A stretch of DNA of 64,000 bases from Felis catus (taxonomy: Eukaryota), in NCBI RefSeq assembly GCF_018350175.1, contig NC_058368.1:174036001-174100000 (forward strand). Direction: 5' to 3'. A program made the translations under genes and the position numbers. This document shows positions 63,194 through 64,000 of this stretch, piece after piece (within the stretch, counting starts at the first letter, position 1; each line of letters opens with the position of its first letter). A model generated the notes under the pieces. The model made no database searches and had not been told where the DNA came from. It was given only the letters and a program-made list of their open reading frames with translations.

Positions 63194-64000
63194 TCTACTC
63201 TCCCCTCTTTTTAAGCCACTTGTGTTCTTTCAGCTCTGAGGGGTTTGATTCCCTTCCTCTATGTGTAACAAGTTCATTCCCACCTCAGGGCCTTTGCATT
63301 TGCTACACCTGGGCTGTTCTTTTTCTATACCTGGCTGGTAGCTTCATGAGAAGTCTGCAAATTGCCCCCTAGACAGCATTGCATATAACCCCATACCTCC
63401 TCTTAACAAGCTCATTAACCTTATCTCATAGATGAGGAGACCAAGGTCAAGAGAGATGCTGAGTGTGCCTGAGGTCAGGAGGGTGGTGAGGGTCGTTTCT
63501 AGGGTGGGCACACAGGGCCTCTGCTCTCAAATCTGCTACACCAGTAAGACCTGAGATTAAAACACGCAGTAAAGCAGGGACTCCTGTGCAGGGAACGGTG
63601 TGGGGAGGCCTTAGAGGGTGAGGGGCTCCCCAGAGTCCTGTGCTCCCAGAAAACCATCTTCATCGCTGGTTTGATGAGAGGGGCCCAGATGAGAGGAAAA
63701 ATCGGTATAATTTTGAAGAGTCACTGCTTAGCTCCCAAAGTATGTGACCTTGGGCCCCAGAGAGCCAGCTACCTGCTCCCTCGTTAACCCCTTGCTGGTG
63801 AGGAATAATCCCTTCCCCCTGAAGGCTTCCTCAGTCCCCTAAGGTGACAGACTAGGCAGGGATTAGGGTGTTCCCTTGCTCAGAAACCCCCTCCACAGGG
63901 GAAAACCTGAGTGCCTTCGTGACAAAATGTGAGTAGGAAGGAGGCAGTAAGTGTGTGTGTGTGTGTGCGTGTGCGTGTGTGTGTGTGTGTGTATCTGCAT

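Noticed and set aside
1..64000. Prokaryote-type novel systems (CRISPR arrays, operons, defence islands) or an intact retroviral/domesticated ORF
   Set aside because: The sequence is mammalian; no repeat-spacer arrays were seen, and all retroelement coding remnants are broken by stops and frameshifts.

Overview
Mammalian genomic DNA, very probably from a felid (cat family), judged from several feline-type Can-SINE (SINEC_Fc-like) insertions. The only protein-coding gene I can support is complexin-2 (CPLX2) on the minus strand. Three coding exons (28564-28534, 28397-28222, 27461-27264) splice with GT-AG junctions into the complete 134-aa protein. A probable non-coding first exon lies in a CpG island at about 35.5-35.7 kb, and a probable ~4.1 kb 3' UTR runs to about 23.15 kb. 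The rest is repeat-rich. It includes a decayed two-LTR ERV-L provirus (about 2.6-7.4 kb) with readable RT, RNase H-region and dUTPase relics, MLT1/LTR33-like LTRs, an L1 3' fragment, L2/MIR relics, hAT-type DNA transposon relics (MER53, MER5), seven Can-SINEs and many microsatellites. I found no convincing novel gene system. The most interesting signals are regulatory: an RE1/REST element with extra half-sites, a uORF just before the CPLX2 start, an apparently non-canonical poly(A) site, clustered miR-135 sites, a divergent CTCF pair, perfect palindromes, and GC/CpG-shifted ancient repeats suggesting GC-biased gene conversion. Repeat family names are from recalled consensus features, not database searches, and repeat boundaries are approximate.
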